64,000 nt of DNA from Candidatus Bathyarchaeota archaeon (GTDB taxonomy: Archaea > Thermoproteota > Bathyarchaeia > Bathyarchaeales > Bathycorpusculaceae), in the NCBI GenBank assembly GCA_963782525.1, contig CAWAKC010000003.1:256001-320000 (forward strand), in the 5' to 3' direction. Shown in pieces: positions 1 through 10,361 of this stretch (positions are counted from its first letter, which is position 1; every line of letters starts with the position of its first letter). The notes beneath the pieces were generated by a model. The model was given only the letters and a program-made list of their open reading frames with translations, was not told where the DNA came from and did not search any database. Made by a program: the position numbers and the translations under genes.

Positions 1-1
1 A

Positions 2-616
2 AAGAAAGGTAACTCGAAAGTCTTAGTCTTTGCATTAATTTCGATATGTGTAATTCTTGCAGGCAGTTTAGTGGGAGTCATTGCGATTTATCAACCACTC
101 GATTCACAGATGATTACGAAAGATAACACCATTAACGGTTTGCATGCAACGATTTCTCAGCTAGAAAGTCAATTAAATAACTCAACAAGTAACACTGAAA
201 CCACTCAAGCATACGTGAGTCAAATAGCTCAACTAAATCAGGAATTGTCAGACCTAAATTATTCCTATGTAGCAGCTAATAGTATTGCTCAGCTTCAAGA
301 GTCAGGAATCCTCTACGATTCAAGTTCAAGTGGTGCAAGTACCATCACCCAAGCAGCAAACAGCACTACAAACCTCTGGAACGACCAGTTAGATTACGCT
401 GGCTACGTTGTTGTTCAAGCATCAGCCACCGCAGACACAACCTATGCTGAAGCAATCTACAGTTTTTCAGGAGTCAACTTTGACCTCAATCAAACGACAG
501 GAACATCAGGAATCGCAATATTTCCAGTCTTGCCAGGACCAGTTCAAATCAACATTGGCAACATAAACCAGAACGATACAAATACAATAACCGTAACAGC
601 CACATACTATTACTAA
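2..616 (+). CDS. Membrane-anchored/secreted coiled-coil hypothetical protein (5' end off the window)
   Basis: The frame is open from position 2 (KKGNSKVLVFALISICVILAGSLVGVIAIY: basic plus hydrophobic signal). A coiled-coil and a beta-rich tail follow. Confidence 0.7.
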   Translation, partial: KKGNSKVLVFALISICVILAGSLVGVIAIYQPLDSQMITKDNTINGLHATISQLESQLNNSTSNTETTQAYVSQIAQLNQELSDLNYSYVAANSIAQLQESGILYDSSSSGASTITQAANSTTNLWNDQLDYAGYVVVQASATADTTYAEAIYSFSGVNFDLNQTTGTSGIAIFPVLPGPVQINIGNINQNDTNTITVTATYYY

Positions 617-684
617 ACATTTTTTCTTTTTTGTTAACAGCTAAATGCTTCTAAGCGTATTGTAGAGTAGGAGACTGTTTTTCA

Positions 685-2766
685 ATGGAAAACGCTTCTG
701 AAACACGGAGAAAACCGAACCGGCTAATTAAAGAAAAAAGTCCCTACCTGCTTCAGCACGCCTACAACCATGTCGATTGGTACCCATGGAGCCAGGAGGC
801 ATTTGAGAAGGCTAAAGCTGAGGATAAACCAGTCTTTGTTTCAATCGGTTACTCTACGTGCCACTGGTGCCACGTTATGGAGAAAGAATGCTTCGATGAT
901 TACCAAGTAGCTCTACTCATGAACCAAACCTTCGTCTCCATCAAAGTTGACCGCGAAGAACGCCCCGACCTCGACGCAGCTTACATGGCGGTTTGTCAAT
1001 CGATGGGGCGAAACTGCGGCTGGCCCCTAAACGTGATAATGACCCCCGACAAAAATCCGTTTTATGTCGCCAGCTACATACCAAAATACGATCGGTACGG
1101 CGTGGTTGGCATGTTAAGTCTTGTGCCCCAGATTGGTGCTATATGGCGAACCAGAAAAACAGAAATGGAAACGATTGGTAAGGAGCTCAAAGAGCAGATC
1201 TCCGTGTTAGTTCAAGCTGAACCAGAAAGTCAACTCGACAGGAGCACACTTGATGACGCTTATGAGCAGTTGTTCTTGCGTTTTGACCGGGAAAACGGTG
1301 GATTCGGAAGGGCACCCAAATTTCCTTCCCCGCACAATCTGTTGTTTTTGTTAAGGTATGCGAACCGATCAAAAGAAAAGACCGCATCTACGATGGTTGA
1401 GAAAACCCTGCGCGCCATGAGGTTAGGCGGCATCTTTGACCAAGTAGGATTGGGCTTCCATCGTTACTCCACGGATGCGCAGTGGCTGGTTCCGCATTTT
1501 GAGAAGATGCTCTACGATCAAGCGCTATTAACGCTAGCTTACCTTGAAGCTTACCAAGCTTTGGGTGCTCCAAAATTTATGGCAAGCGCTAAAGAAACAA
1601 TCGAATATGTTTTAAGAGATTTGGCTTCACCGGAAGGCGGGTTCTACTCGGCTGAAGATGCCGACAGTGAAGGGGAAGAAGGCAAATTTTACCTCTGGAC
1701 TCTTGAAGAGGTCAAGCAAACCACAGGGGAAGATTCGGATTTGGCGATCAAGCTTTTAGGTGTGAAGACTGAAGGCAACTATTTTGAGCCGCCCAATGGA
1801 AAAACCGGAAAAAATATTCTTCATCTTGCTTTGCCGCTGGAACAAGTTGCTGAAGAATCAAACCTAACAATGGATCAACTGATAGGTAAACTTGCAAAAA
1901 TAACAAACAAACTTTTCCAAACTCGCGAAAAAAGAGTGCACCCAGCAAAAGATGACAAGATACTGGTTGATTGGAACGGATTAATGATTGCAGCCCTAGC
2001 TCGGGCAAACCAGGTTTTAGGCAACTCCAAGTATCTGCAGGAAGCAACTAAAACTGCAGACTTTATCCTCAAAGAAATGAAAGAATCCGACGGCAAACTC
2101 TACCATCGATATGCAAAAGGCGAGAAAGCAGTCATAGGGTTCTTGGATGACTATGCTTACCTTGTGTTTGGTCTCTTGGAACTCTATGAGGCAAACTTCG
2201 ACAATAAATACTTGCTCGACGCCGCAGAATTAACTAAAACTATGGTTGAGCAGTTTTGGGATGAGAAAAACAGCGGTTTCTTTTTCACAAACAAGAATGG
2301 GGATGATTCCGTGCCTAGACTCAAGCAGACTTACGATGGAGCTGTGCCCTCGGGAAACGCAGTTGCTCTTCTAAACTTGTTGCGTTTAGCGCGTTTAAAC
2401 GGGGAACCAAGCTTTGAGAAATATGCAAACAAGTTGCTTAAGACATTCTCAGAAGAAATCAAGATGCAACCGCTTGGACACACGTTTATGCTTGTAGGAA
2501 TGGAGTTTGCTTTTGGACCAACCTTCAACGTTGTTTTGGTAGGCGACCCATCTGAAAAAGGCACAGTTGAGTTGCTTACGGCTTTAAGAAAAAATTACTT
2601 ACCCAACTTAACAGTGACTTTATGGTCGCCTCAAAAAACCTCACCTGTTCCAGGCGTTGTTTACGAGAAAATCGATGGCAAACCCACAGCTTATGTTTGT
2701 CGAGATCAGACCTGCATGCCACCAACAAATGTTGCTGAAAAAATGTTAGAATTACTTAAAACCTGA
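685..2766 (+). CDS. Thioredoxin-domain protein, YyaL/SPATA20 (DUF255) family
   Basis: [56 protein letters not shown] motifs. Confidence 0.95.
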   Translation: MENASETRRKPNRLIKEKSPYLLQHAYNHVDWYPWSQEAFEKAKAEDKPVFVSIGYSTCHWCHVMEKECFDDYQVALLMNQTFVSIKVDREERPDLDAAYMAVCQSMGRNCGWPLNVIMTPDKNPFYVASYIPKYDRYGVVGMLSLVPQIGAIWRTRKTEMETIGKELKEQISVLVQAEPESQLDRSTLDDAYEQLFLRFDRENGGFGRAPKFPSPHNLLFLLRYANRSKEKTASTMVEKTLRAMRLGGIFDQVGLGFHRYSTDAQWLVPHFEKMLYDQALLTLAYLEAYQALGAPKFMASAKETIEYVLRDLASPEGGFYSAEDADSEGEEGKFYLWTLEEVKQTTGEDSDLAIKLLGVKTEGNYFEPPNGKTGKNILHLALPLEQVAEESNLTMDQLIGKLAKITNKLFQTREKRVHPAKDDKILVDWNGLMIAALARANQVLGNSKYLQEATKTADFILKEMKESDGKLYHRYAKGEKAVIGFLDDYAYLVFGLLELYEANFDNKYLLDAAELTKTMVEQFWDEKNSGFFFTNKNGDDSVPRLKQTYDGAVPSGNAVALLNLLRLARLNGEPSFEKYANKLLKTFSEEIKMQPLGHTFMLVGMEFAFGPTFNVVLVGDPSEKGTVELLTALRKNYLPNLTVTLWSPQKTSPVPGVVYEKIDGKPTAYVCRDQTCMPPTNVAEKMLELLKT

Positions 2767-3677
2767 AAAAAAAGCTGAATACTATGACTGACTCAATTAT
2801 CAATTTACCATTTCAAAGAAACAAACAAAACATGACAACCTAAAGACCCCTAAGGCGAATTTACATAATTGGAGCAGCGACAAGAATAGCAACTCGCAGT
2901 ACGATGCGTCCGAGATTTAGCGGCAACGCTTTTCTCCAGTCGCTTGTTTTCCCAAATAAGAAATGGTAAAAAGACAAGTATAGTAAGATTACCCAAACCA
3001 ACCGTAAACATCGCCTATTGAGAGACCCAAATCAAATGCTTGAAGGAATTCATACCCATAGATCAGAGATTTTAGCGCTCGGCTCTAAAACAAAAAAGTA
3101 TAGCAGCAAAAATGGCTCACTTGCATCGGTCGCTATAGCGATGGAATTTTTCAACTGTAACTTTTGATTGACAATCGTATGGCTGATGTAACATTAGAGA
3201 GCTGCCAAAGCTAGCGAGAGGTTTAAAGGCACATTAGCAACATAAATGAGAAAACCACTTCCATAGTTGGTTCTATGGAAGATTTCTTGAGTTACATGTT
3301 CAAGTAGCAGACCCCATACAAGAGCAGGTGGAAAGAAAATGGTTGTTGCGTAACTCCCTTTTTTCTCACTGAGAAACCTATCACGAGAGCTAATATAAAA
3401 AACCAGATAAACTCATTTAACAAAAAATCGTTTGCACCAATGGTGATCACCCAAATTCTTAGTCCAAAACGATTGGGTTTCCAAGTGCCCTTTTTGTGAT
3501 GCATATTTGATGTTGAGGCGGAAAAGTGTGCGGCATTCATTAAATAATCTCAGGTTAGACTTCTTTTAAACGTTAAGAAGAATCTTTTTCTTCGCTATAT
3601 GTGCACTCAAAAGGATGAGGGATTAATTCCTGGTTAGCAGAGCTTATTCGTTAAAAAAAAGAAAAAAGGTATGTAAA

Positions 3678-4616
3678 TTACTTTTTGGCTTTGCCGCGAT
3701 ACATTACAGCCAGTGCAAGCCCAATTATAGCAATTATGACTAAAACAGCAATTATTGCATAGAAATACAGGTTTGGTATGCTTCCATTAGACGTGCTAGT
3801 CCCCGCAGGTGCAAACATTGCCTGATATGAGTAAGTGTAGCCAAATCCACAGTCTATATTGGTTGGATTATCGCTGATTGTCGTTGGGTGTCCATCTGTT
3901 CCTACTGCAACCCAATACTGGAAACTGTATCCTGAGTTAGCTGTAGCTTGAAGGTGAATATTCGTGCCGTTTGCATAGTGATAAGTTCCTGACATTGGGT
4001 TTGTTGTTCCGCCGATGGAGTCAAGGACCGTTACGATGGCGTCGCTTGTTGGAGCTGCATTAGTTGTTGGGATAAAAACAGGTTGATACACGTATGTGTA
4101 GCCGTACCCACAAATAATTTGCAACGGGTTAGTTGAGGTTATTAGGCTATTTTCAGCTATGGTTGCAGGGGATGGAAAAGAGGGCGCAAAGTTTGGGTCA
4201 GCAGCTGCGTTATCAGGGTAGAGTATTGGAGGTTGGTTGTGACCTGGAGTATACGCTCCACTTATTGTCCAGTACACGAATTTGTAGCCTGTGCTTGCTG
4301 TAGCTTGTAGTTTGATGGTAGCACCGTAATTGTAAACGTACGATCCAGGTGTAGGGTTAGTTGTTCCACCCGCAGAGGCAGCTACCACCACGTTGGCGAC
4401 TTCAGCGGTTGCCGGTGGACTAGGAGTAGTATACGGATTTGGGACCGGGGGGTACTGCTCAGGGGGGATCGTCTCTACAGGTTGGTCTTGGGCTGCGACA
4501 AGTGTAAAAGAAAACATTGCCAAAACCAGAAGCATCAAAAGAACGATAGTTGAATAGTTTATTTTTTTCATATTTAATCTCCATAAAATCTGAGACGAAT
4601 TTGTCTCATTAATCAT
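3678..4616 (-). CDS. Cell-surface protein with two InlB B-repeat-like domains and a C-terminal membrane anchor
   Basis: Signal peptide, two GGTTNP..G.Y.Y..G..I.LQATA..GY.F.YW repeats, C-terminal TM plus basic tail. The true start is probably ATG at ~4571. Confidence 0.8.
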   Translation of the reverse strand: MINETNSSQILWRLNMKKINYSTIVLLMLLVLAMFSFTLVAAQDQPVETIPPEQYPPVPNPYTTPSPPATAEVANVVVAASAGGTTNPTPGSYVYNYGATIKLQATASTGYKFVYWTISGAYTPGHNQPPILYPDNAAADPNFAPSFPSPATIAENSLITSTNPLQIICGYGYTYVYQPVFIPTTNAAPTSDAIVTVLDSIGGTTNPMSGTYHYANGTNIHLQATANSGYSFQYWVAVGTDGHPTTISDNPTNIDCGFGYTYSYQAMFAPAGTSTSNGSIPNLYFYAIIAVLVIIAIIGLALAVMYRGKAKK

Positions 4617-4728
4617 ATTTAGCCCTAAGTGTATTTAAGACTATCCACAAATTGTAACAGCGTTATAAAATGTTAAGGGAAATTGGTACGGCAAACAGAG
4701 TTTGAACCACGTTGATTTTAATATTTTC

Positions 4729-4781
4729 GCGCCTAATATGGGATTCGAACCCATGCGGACTCGAGAGTCCACGGGGGCTCA
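4729..4781 (-). pseudogene. Degenerate 3' half of a tRNA-Ser (att-site-like remnant)
   Basis: The reverse complement GAGCCCCCGTGGACTCTCGAGTCCGCATGGGTTCGAATCCCATATTAGGCGC matches the variable arm, T arm and partial acceptor of the tRNA at 6967-7051. Confidence 0.75.
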
Positions 4782-5354
4782 GTGCAAAAACCTATCGTTT
4801 GGATAGAAATTAGAGTGATTTTACAACTTACCTCTAATCCAAGGTATAGCAAGGTTGCATTGGCGAGATCATTCGCGACCTCGACAAATATTTAAGCATA
4901 ATAACTTTTCTAACTGATATTATGCGCTCCTTCGCTAAAATGGAGAAAGGTCAAAGACATCTTTGGCTATGCTTTAGAATAGTCTTCAACTTATGGAAGC
5001 AGTTAGATTTGCCGTTGAACCTATAGCAATATACCGTAAAGCATTGCCTATTTTTACTTGCGAAATCGACTTAAAAGTTCCTGAAGAACATGAAATAGCC
5101 AAAAAGGTAACCACTCTCAGAAATGCTCGACGTAAATATCTTCGTTTTATAATCTGATAATCGATTCTGGCGTGCAGATAATCAATTTTGCATAGAATAT
5201 CCCGATTAAATCGAAGAGCACATTTCATTTGTTATGTTTGCTAAGAGCTTCTCACAACTTCATTTAGCATCTTAAATTAACAAGAATCAGTTAAGCTGCT
5301 GGCGTCATACCAACTATTATAGTTCTAGCATATTTAGTATTAACACGAGAAACA

Positions 5355-6719
5355 TTGAATCTTTTCAAGAAAGCTTTTACTTGTCTGGTTATCATTATTT
5401 TAGTTTGTACTATCTTCTCATCAAGTATCAAAGCTGAGTCTTCAAGTAGATATCCGATTTATTGGGGTGCATGGGTCGGAAACAGCCATATTGGTAACTA
5501 CAATTTACTTACAACTTTTGAAGGGCAAGTCGGTAAAGATGTGTCAATCTGGAACTGGATACAACTGTGGAACAGACCGGAAGACAGCGAAAATATCCCC
5601 AATTTTGACAATGCTTTAATGGATCAATGCAGAAACCATGGAGCAATACCTATGGTTAGCTGGTCACCTGAAGCAGGAAATGGAGGTATGTTTTCAAGTC
5701 TCCAAGATATAATTGATGGTAAATGTGATGCTTACTTAACTGCATGGGGTCAAGCTTCGTCACAATGGGGTCATCCATACTTTGTTCGTTTAATGTGGGA
5801 ATTCACTGGAAGCTGGACGGACTACACAACTAATAATGGTTATGGAATTTATCCATGGGATAGCGGAATAGGCAATACGCCTGCTAAGTTTGTTCAAGCA
5901 TGGCAACATATAATAAATGTTGTCAGGCATGCAGGTGGAAATCAAATAAGCTGGGTTTGGTGCCCAGGTGATGTTGGAGATTCAGTTAACACATTGCAAT
6001 CTGTCTATCCAGGCGACAACTACGTAGACTGGGTTGGCACAGACATCTATGGCGACCTGGTCCATTCAGGTGACGTTGAACTTGCAAATATTCATGCAAT
6101 GACAAATAAGCCTGTAATGATTCCAGAAATAGGCTGGTCTGGCGCAGATAAAGGACACTATTGGAACACGTTACTAACTAATACGCTGCCAAATCAGTAC
6201 CCTTACATTAAAGCCGTTGTTATATGGGAGATGCCTTCTAATGGTTTAACAGTAGTAAACTCTGCAACTCTATCGTCTTTTAAAGACTGCATCGGAACAA
6301 ATTATTACCTCTCAAACAACTATTCCTCTCTGAACGCTTCTCCTCTTAACGCATTAAGTCTAACAAACCCTATCCCGGATTCACCGTTACAAACCCCAAC
6401 AATAACGGCTGCACCATCAAATGGCATTAATTTACCAATTATCGCAACAATCACCGTTTCAATAACAGTTGCAGGAGTTGCACTACTGGCATTAGCGAAG
6501 GCGCAGATAAAAAGTCAAAAAAAAAATCAAAAACTTCCTAAATTGGTTCAATCAATTTTCGTCCAAGATGGTACTTTGGAGCAAGTTGAAGATTTTTTGG
6601 TTATTGAGGAGCTTAGGTTCAAGCTTCAGATTAGCATAATGTCAGTAAAATCCCATCTTCCCCTACATATATTCGGTGAATTTAGGTTTACTTACTTTAG
6701 TAGATTATTTTCGGGCTAA
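5355..6719 (+). CDS. Secreted/membrane-anchored glycoside hydrolase family 26 (beta-mannanase-like)
   Basis: Signal peptide, RLMWEF (acid/base Glu), WVWCP, YPGDNYVDWVGTDIY, KPVMIPEIG (nucleophile Glu), Pro/Thr linker and TM. Confidence 0.85.
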   Translation: MNLFKKAFTCLVIIILVCTIFSSSIKAESSSRYPIYWGAWVGNSHIGNYNLLTTFEGQVGKDVSIWNWIQLWNRPEDSENIPNFDNALMDQCRNHGAIPMVSWSPEAGNGGMFSSLQDIIDGKCDAYLTAWGQASSQWGHPYFVRLMWEFTGSWTDYTTNNGYGIYPWDSGIGNTPAKFVQAWQHIINVVRHAGGNQISWVWCPGDVGDSVNTLQSVYPGDNYVDWVGTDIYGDLVHSGDVELANIHAMTNKPVMIPEIGWSGADKGHYWNTLLTNTLPNQYPYIKAVVIWEMPSNGLTVVNSATLSSFKDCIGTNYYLSNNYSSLNASPLNALSLTNPIPDSPLQTPTITAAPSNGINLPIIATITVSITVAGVALLALAKAQIKSQKKNQKLPKLVQSIFVQDGTLEQVEDFLVIEELRFKLQISIMSVKSHLPLHIFGEFRFTYFSRLFSG

Positions 6720-6966
6720 TAGAGGTCAAAGGATAAATTAACCGGAAATATTTTTTTAGAAAACATGAAATTTTGTTCAAACTACAGATGAGTTATATGC
6801 ATGAATGAAACGAAAAGCTGAAAGTTTTCCTAGCTTAAATCGAACATTTTAAGGTTTGAATATCAAAAGGTAGCGAATTGCGCGTTTCAGAAGACTGTAA
6901 CATACTACGAAACGCTAAAGCTAAATATAACAAGGTATCGCAAGTCAGGCTTAATAATAAATTGAG

Positions 6967-7051
6967 CGCCGAGGATGGGATTCGAACCCATGCGGAACGG
7001 ATGTTCCACGGGCTCTCAAGGCCCGCGCGTTAACCACTCTGCCACCTCGGC
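6967..7051 (-). tRNA. tRNA-Ser(TGA)
   Basis: GCCGAGG acceptor, CGGGC-CTTGAGA-GCCCG anticodon arm, long variable arm, GGTTCGAATCC, discriminator G. Confidence 0.95.
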
Positions 7052-7091
7052 ACTATGAGTCAACAATTCTAGTTCACTGTTTCTTAAATGT

Positions 7092-7580
7092 TTGTCGAAA
7101 CTCAGACAAACGGTTCATGGGGAAAAAGTACTTAACCCACAAAACATAACCCTTGATTGCATGACAGCAGACCTAACCGTACATATCCCAAGCAACATTT
7201 TAGACGCCGTCTACGCAGGCGCCAAAGAACTCTATCCGCGCGAAAGCTTTCTGCTGTTACGAGGTAAAAAAAAGAAAGGCGTCATAAGCATCACCGACTT
7301 GGTTTTAGCGCCGTTTGCTGCTCACGAAGAAGACGCTGTCCACTTTAACCCCTACATGTTTGCAGGAGACTACTCCTTAGTCGGGACAATTCACTCTCAT
7401 CCCTCAGGCAACATTTCGCCAAGCCATGTCGACTTAAACTATTTCTTTGGTCGTGTCTTGATTATTGTTGGTCCTCCCTTTGAGGGGAAAGGTTGTATTG
7501 CAGCGTACGATTCAAACGGGGATAGAGTATCAATTGAAATAACAGATCCAATAGAATGCAAGGATGAAGATTTTTACTAA
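7092..7580 (+). CDS. JAMM/MPN+ (Mov34) metallo-isopeptidase
   Basis: PRE...GTIHSHPSG...PSHVDL JAMM motif. The likely start is ATG 7161. Confidence 0.9.
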   Translation: MSKLRQTVHGEKVLNPQNITLDCMTADLTVHIPSNILDAVYAGAKELYPRESFLLLRGKKKKGVISITDLVLAPFAAHEEDAVHFNPYMFAGDYSLVGTIHSHPSGNISPSHVDLNYFFGRVLIIVGPPFEGKGCIAAYDSNGDRVSIEITDPIECKDEDFY

Positions 7581-7942
7581 AAAGAACCCTGAGATTTTAT
7601 TACGAATAATTGATATTCAGATATGAAGTCTAAGGCGAATTTATCAGCACCTCCCTCAGTGCCCTTATGCATCCTATCCACAGACTTGCTTCGTAAGTGG
7701 TGATAGAATTCGTGGAGAATGACAAAGGGGTTAAGCAGCACATCGCTGTTTAACACTGAGATAGTCTGGTTTTTGGATGTGTAACAGCCAAACGCCGTTA
7801 TCTTGTGTCCTTTTGGTAAACCTACTTTGAGGGCAGGAACCTTAACTTTATAGTTTTTCGCTAGCAACTCAAGAGCTTCTTCAGGTTTCCCACTTAGAAT
7901 AAGCCAAACCATAAGGGGTTTAAAGTTATCCTGCACCATCAC
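7577..7942 (-). CDS. Small zincin-like metallopeptidase
   Basis: ILHEFYHH (HExxH) with a downstream E..AD.FA motif. Confidence 0.7.
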   Translation of the reverse strand: MMVQDNFKPLMVWLILSGKPEEALELLAKNYKVKVPALKVGLPKGHKITAFGCYTSKNQTISVLNSDVLLNPFVILHEFYHHLRSKSVDRMHKGTEGGADKFALDFISEYQLFVIKSQGSF

Positions 7943-7980
7943 AAATCACGTCTACTTTGTTTGCTGCCTAATTAATTGGT

Positions 7981-9231
7981 TTATTGGCCATAGGTTCCCC
8001 TTCTAATCTTCTCCGCCAGTAAATGAACAAATTCAATCGGCCAAACATCATCACAAACATCATCCGTCAAAATTTTGCGCTCATGATACATAGAAATCAA
8101 ATCGTTCTTAAGCAAAAGAATCAGAATAAATTTGTGTCCATAAGTGCGCTTGAACAACGCATATTTTCGCGCCTGCTTCTTAGTCATCTCAAAATGCGGT
8201 TCAAGAATGATTTTTCTGCCCTGAACCGTCTTCTCCAAAATAAAATCAGGTGTATACACTTCGTTTGGCAAAGGAAAACTAATGGTTTCATACCCATATG
8301 GAATGTGTAGCCGCAGAAGCGTGAGGGCAGTTTTCTTTTCCCATCCGCTCTTGTAGCGGCTCATCTTTTGATAATAAGCTTGAGATTGCCCAGTGATTTT
8401 TTGCATGCGATCCAGAAAGTCGAGGGCAGTTTTGAGTGTGTACCGATTAAGTGTTTTTTGTTTAAGCCACCGACCCAACAAGAAAAACGGGTAATCCACC
8501 TTCGCAGGGTCTTGTGGAAAAAGTCGTTTGGCAAAATCAGTTAATTTCTGCCGTGCTTCTGCAGCGGTTTGTTCATCTCGCCAAAGTGAGGGCGAAGCCG
8601 AAGTTATAACTCCTAAACTTGCGGCAACATTAGCGTTCTCCTTTGTTAGGGGCACATAGAGGTCTTCGGGGAGAAGGTGGTCATAGATTTGCAGGTCAGG
8701 TTGAGGGCGCACCATCCACCGCATATAAATCCAAGCTCGGTCCTTGTGCGGTCCGCTGAGAGCAGTCAAGTTTTTTGCCATGTCTTCGATGAAGTCTTTG
8801 GGTTTAGTGAATTTTTGTGCATATTTCAGCATGTTCCTTTCTGCTTTTTCCCTCACGAATAGGTTGATTTGGGCTAGAATTTCTGATGCCGCTTTCTTGT
8901 TTGGGCCAAGGTCGTGGTAGAAGTCGGCTTTTACGATTTCTTCTTCGAAAAGATGAGCTTTTTTGATTTCGAAGAAATTGCTCCCAAAAGCTTCATGCAA
9001 GTACACCATAAGCATCCGTGCGTTTTCAGGGTAACCAACAACAGTGTCATCAAGAATTGAGGCAGCGAGCAAAAAATAATGGGCTACAATTTTTCTATCT
9101 TCATATTTTTCTGAGTATGGGTTGAAGAGTAAGCGTGGGCTCATGCGGCGGTCCCATTGAACGTCAACGACGTTGGAGTTTTTGTTTATGAATTCGACTA
9201 GTAAAGAGAGCACTTCGTCGTTGTTAGCCAT
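7981..9231 (-). CDS. DUF2400/HhH-GPD glycosylase-like domain fused to a C-terminal PD-(D/E)XK-like nuclease
   Basis: RAWIYMRWMVR...LYVPL...LG...FPQDPAKVDYPFFLLG (DUF2400-like). C-terminal SGWE...YGYE...YTPDFIL...ILEPH. Confidence 0.65.
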   Translation of the reverse strand: MANNDEVLSLLVEFINKNSNVVDVQWDRRMSPRLLFNPYSEKYEDRKIVAHYFLLAASILDDTVVGYPENARMLMVYLHEAFGSNFFEIKKAHLFEEEIVKADFYHDLGPNKKAASEILAQINLFVREKAERNMLKYAQKFTKPKDFIEDMAKNLTALSGPHKDRAWIYMRWMVRPQPDLQIYDHLLPEDLYVPLTKENANVAASLGVITSASPSLWRDEQTAAEARQKLTDFAKRLFPQDPAKVDYPFFLLGRWLKQKTLNRYTLKTALDFLDRMQKITGQSQAYYQKMSRYKSGWEKKTALTLLRLHIPYGYETISFPLPNEVYTPDFILEKTVQGRKIILEPHFEMTKKQARKYALFKRTYGHKFILILLLKNDLISMYHERKILTDDVCDDVWPIEFVHLLAEKIRRGTYGQ

Positions 9232-9398
9232 AGCCTCTTACCCAATCAGACATAATATGTGTGTGGTGCCTTAAAACTGCTATCCTAGCAAACAGCCTTT
9301 GAGAAATAGTTTAATATAAGCTGGAAAATCAAGTATTGCAAGCATCCAAGGCGAAGCGCCTATATAGGAAGGCCGCATAGGAAAAGATGCAAACGTGT

Positions 9399-9476
9399 GG
9401 ACCGGTCGTCTAGCCTGGTTAGGACATCTGCTTGACGTGCAGAAGGTCGCCGGTCCGAATCCGGCCCGGTCCACCA
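9399..9476 (+). tRNA. tRNA-Val(GAC), CCA encoded
   Basis: GGACCGG/CCGGTCC acceptor, TCTGC-TTGACGT-GCAGA anticodon arm, ends in ACCA. Confidence 0.95.
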
Positions 9477-9742
9477 CAACTTCCATTTTCTAATGTTACA
9501 CCATTCTGTGTAGATTGGTTGATTATTAACTGAAAAATCAAGTGCTTTAAGTGATTTTCGAATGTTCTACTATGTTGAAGCCTAACTCTTTGGATTTATC
9601 GACCAATCCCTTGTCTAAGTACAACACGACATTGCCCTTGTTCGCCATTGAATTCGCATCCAAGAGCATATCTAAGATGAAAACTTTAAAACGCGGGACA
9701 AAACTTTGAAACTATGTAATTTGCAATGCCCCGTTTTCAAAA

Positions 9743-9994
9743 TTAATGTACTTGTTGAGCAAATTTTCGATTTTGCGTGAGAGGACCAAAATTGTTTGAG
9801 GAAACTATTTTTTGTCCATATTGTATTCCTTTCTTTAACAAATTCAAAGCTTCAACGTCAGTAATTCCAAAAGGAAGAAAATCTTTGTGAAAGCGATCAA
9901 AGTGTAATCTTACCTTGACTATGGCAGCTTTTTCGTCATCGAAAGTACCAAAAGTATAACCGCAAGGGCATTGTCCACTTAATTTCTTTTTCAA
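9743..9994 (-). CDS. Small metal-binding protein (DUF1059-like)
   Basis: CPCGYTF...H...H pattern, and a palindromic operator plus TATA-like box upstream. Confidence 0.6.
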   Translation of the reverse strand: MKKKLSGQCPCGYTFGTFDDEKAAIVKVRLHFDRFHKDFLPFGITDVEALNLLKKGIQYGQKIVSSNNFGPLTQNRKFAQQVH

Positions 9995-10054
9995 ACAGGT
10001 TCACTTTACCAAGATTGTTAAATCTATTATCGTTAAATTAACATATTAACTTCA

Positions 10055-10076
10055 GTGACTGGAACCACACAGTCAC
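10055..10076. promoter_or_regulatory. Perfect palindromic operator GTGACTG-N8-CAGTCAC (site 1)
   Basis: GTGACTG GAACCACA CAGTCAC. On the minus strand it is followed after 5 bp by TTAATA. Confidence 0.7.
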
Positions 10077-10361
10077 AACTTGCAGTTTTTAATGGGTTAT
10101 ATAGAGATTTTATTTATTTTACAAATCTTCTTTCAACCTTCCCACAATTAAAATAAATGGAGAACTCTGATCACCTGATAAAACGCGTTGTTCTTTTTTC
10201 ATAAAAATGGTGTTGAGCAGACGCAACAAACATTAAGGTCGGAAGGGTAAATATTCAAAGAGGCAAGCAGCAAGTTAGAGCCTCAACCAGAAACTACCTC
10301 AATTCAGTTCGTCGCTGAAACTTCCAGTCGCTTTAATCTTGAGAAATCTTGCTCTCCTGAA

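Noticed and set aside
2780-3600. ORF 3292-3540 and surrounding fragments
   Set aside because: No motif or clear start signal, probably gene debris.
4684-4711. Second tRNA-like 3' remnant (TGGTACGG...GAGTTTGAACC)
   Set aside because: The similarity is too short and degenerate to support.
6500-6719. Phase-variable poly-A tract in the GH26 gene
   Set aside because: The tract lies after the TM anchor, so slippage would alter only a probably dispensable tail.
7092-7580. JAB protein as part of a CBASS or ubiquitin-like defence operon
   Set aside because: No cyclase, E1/E2 or Ubl gene is adjacent, and it resembles the housekeeping archaeal JAMM.
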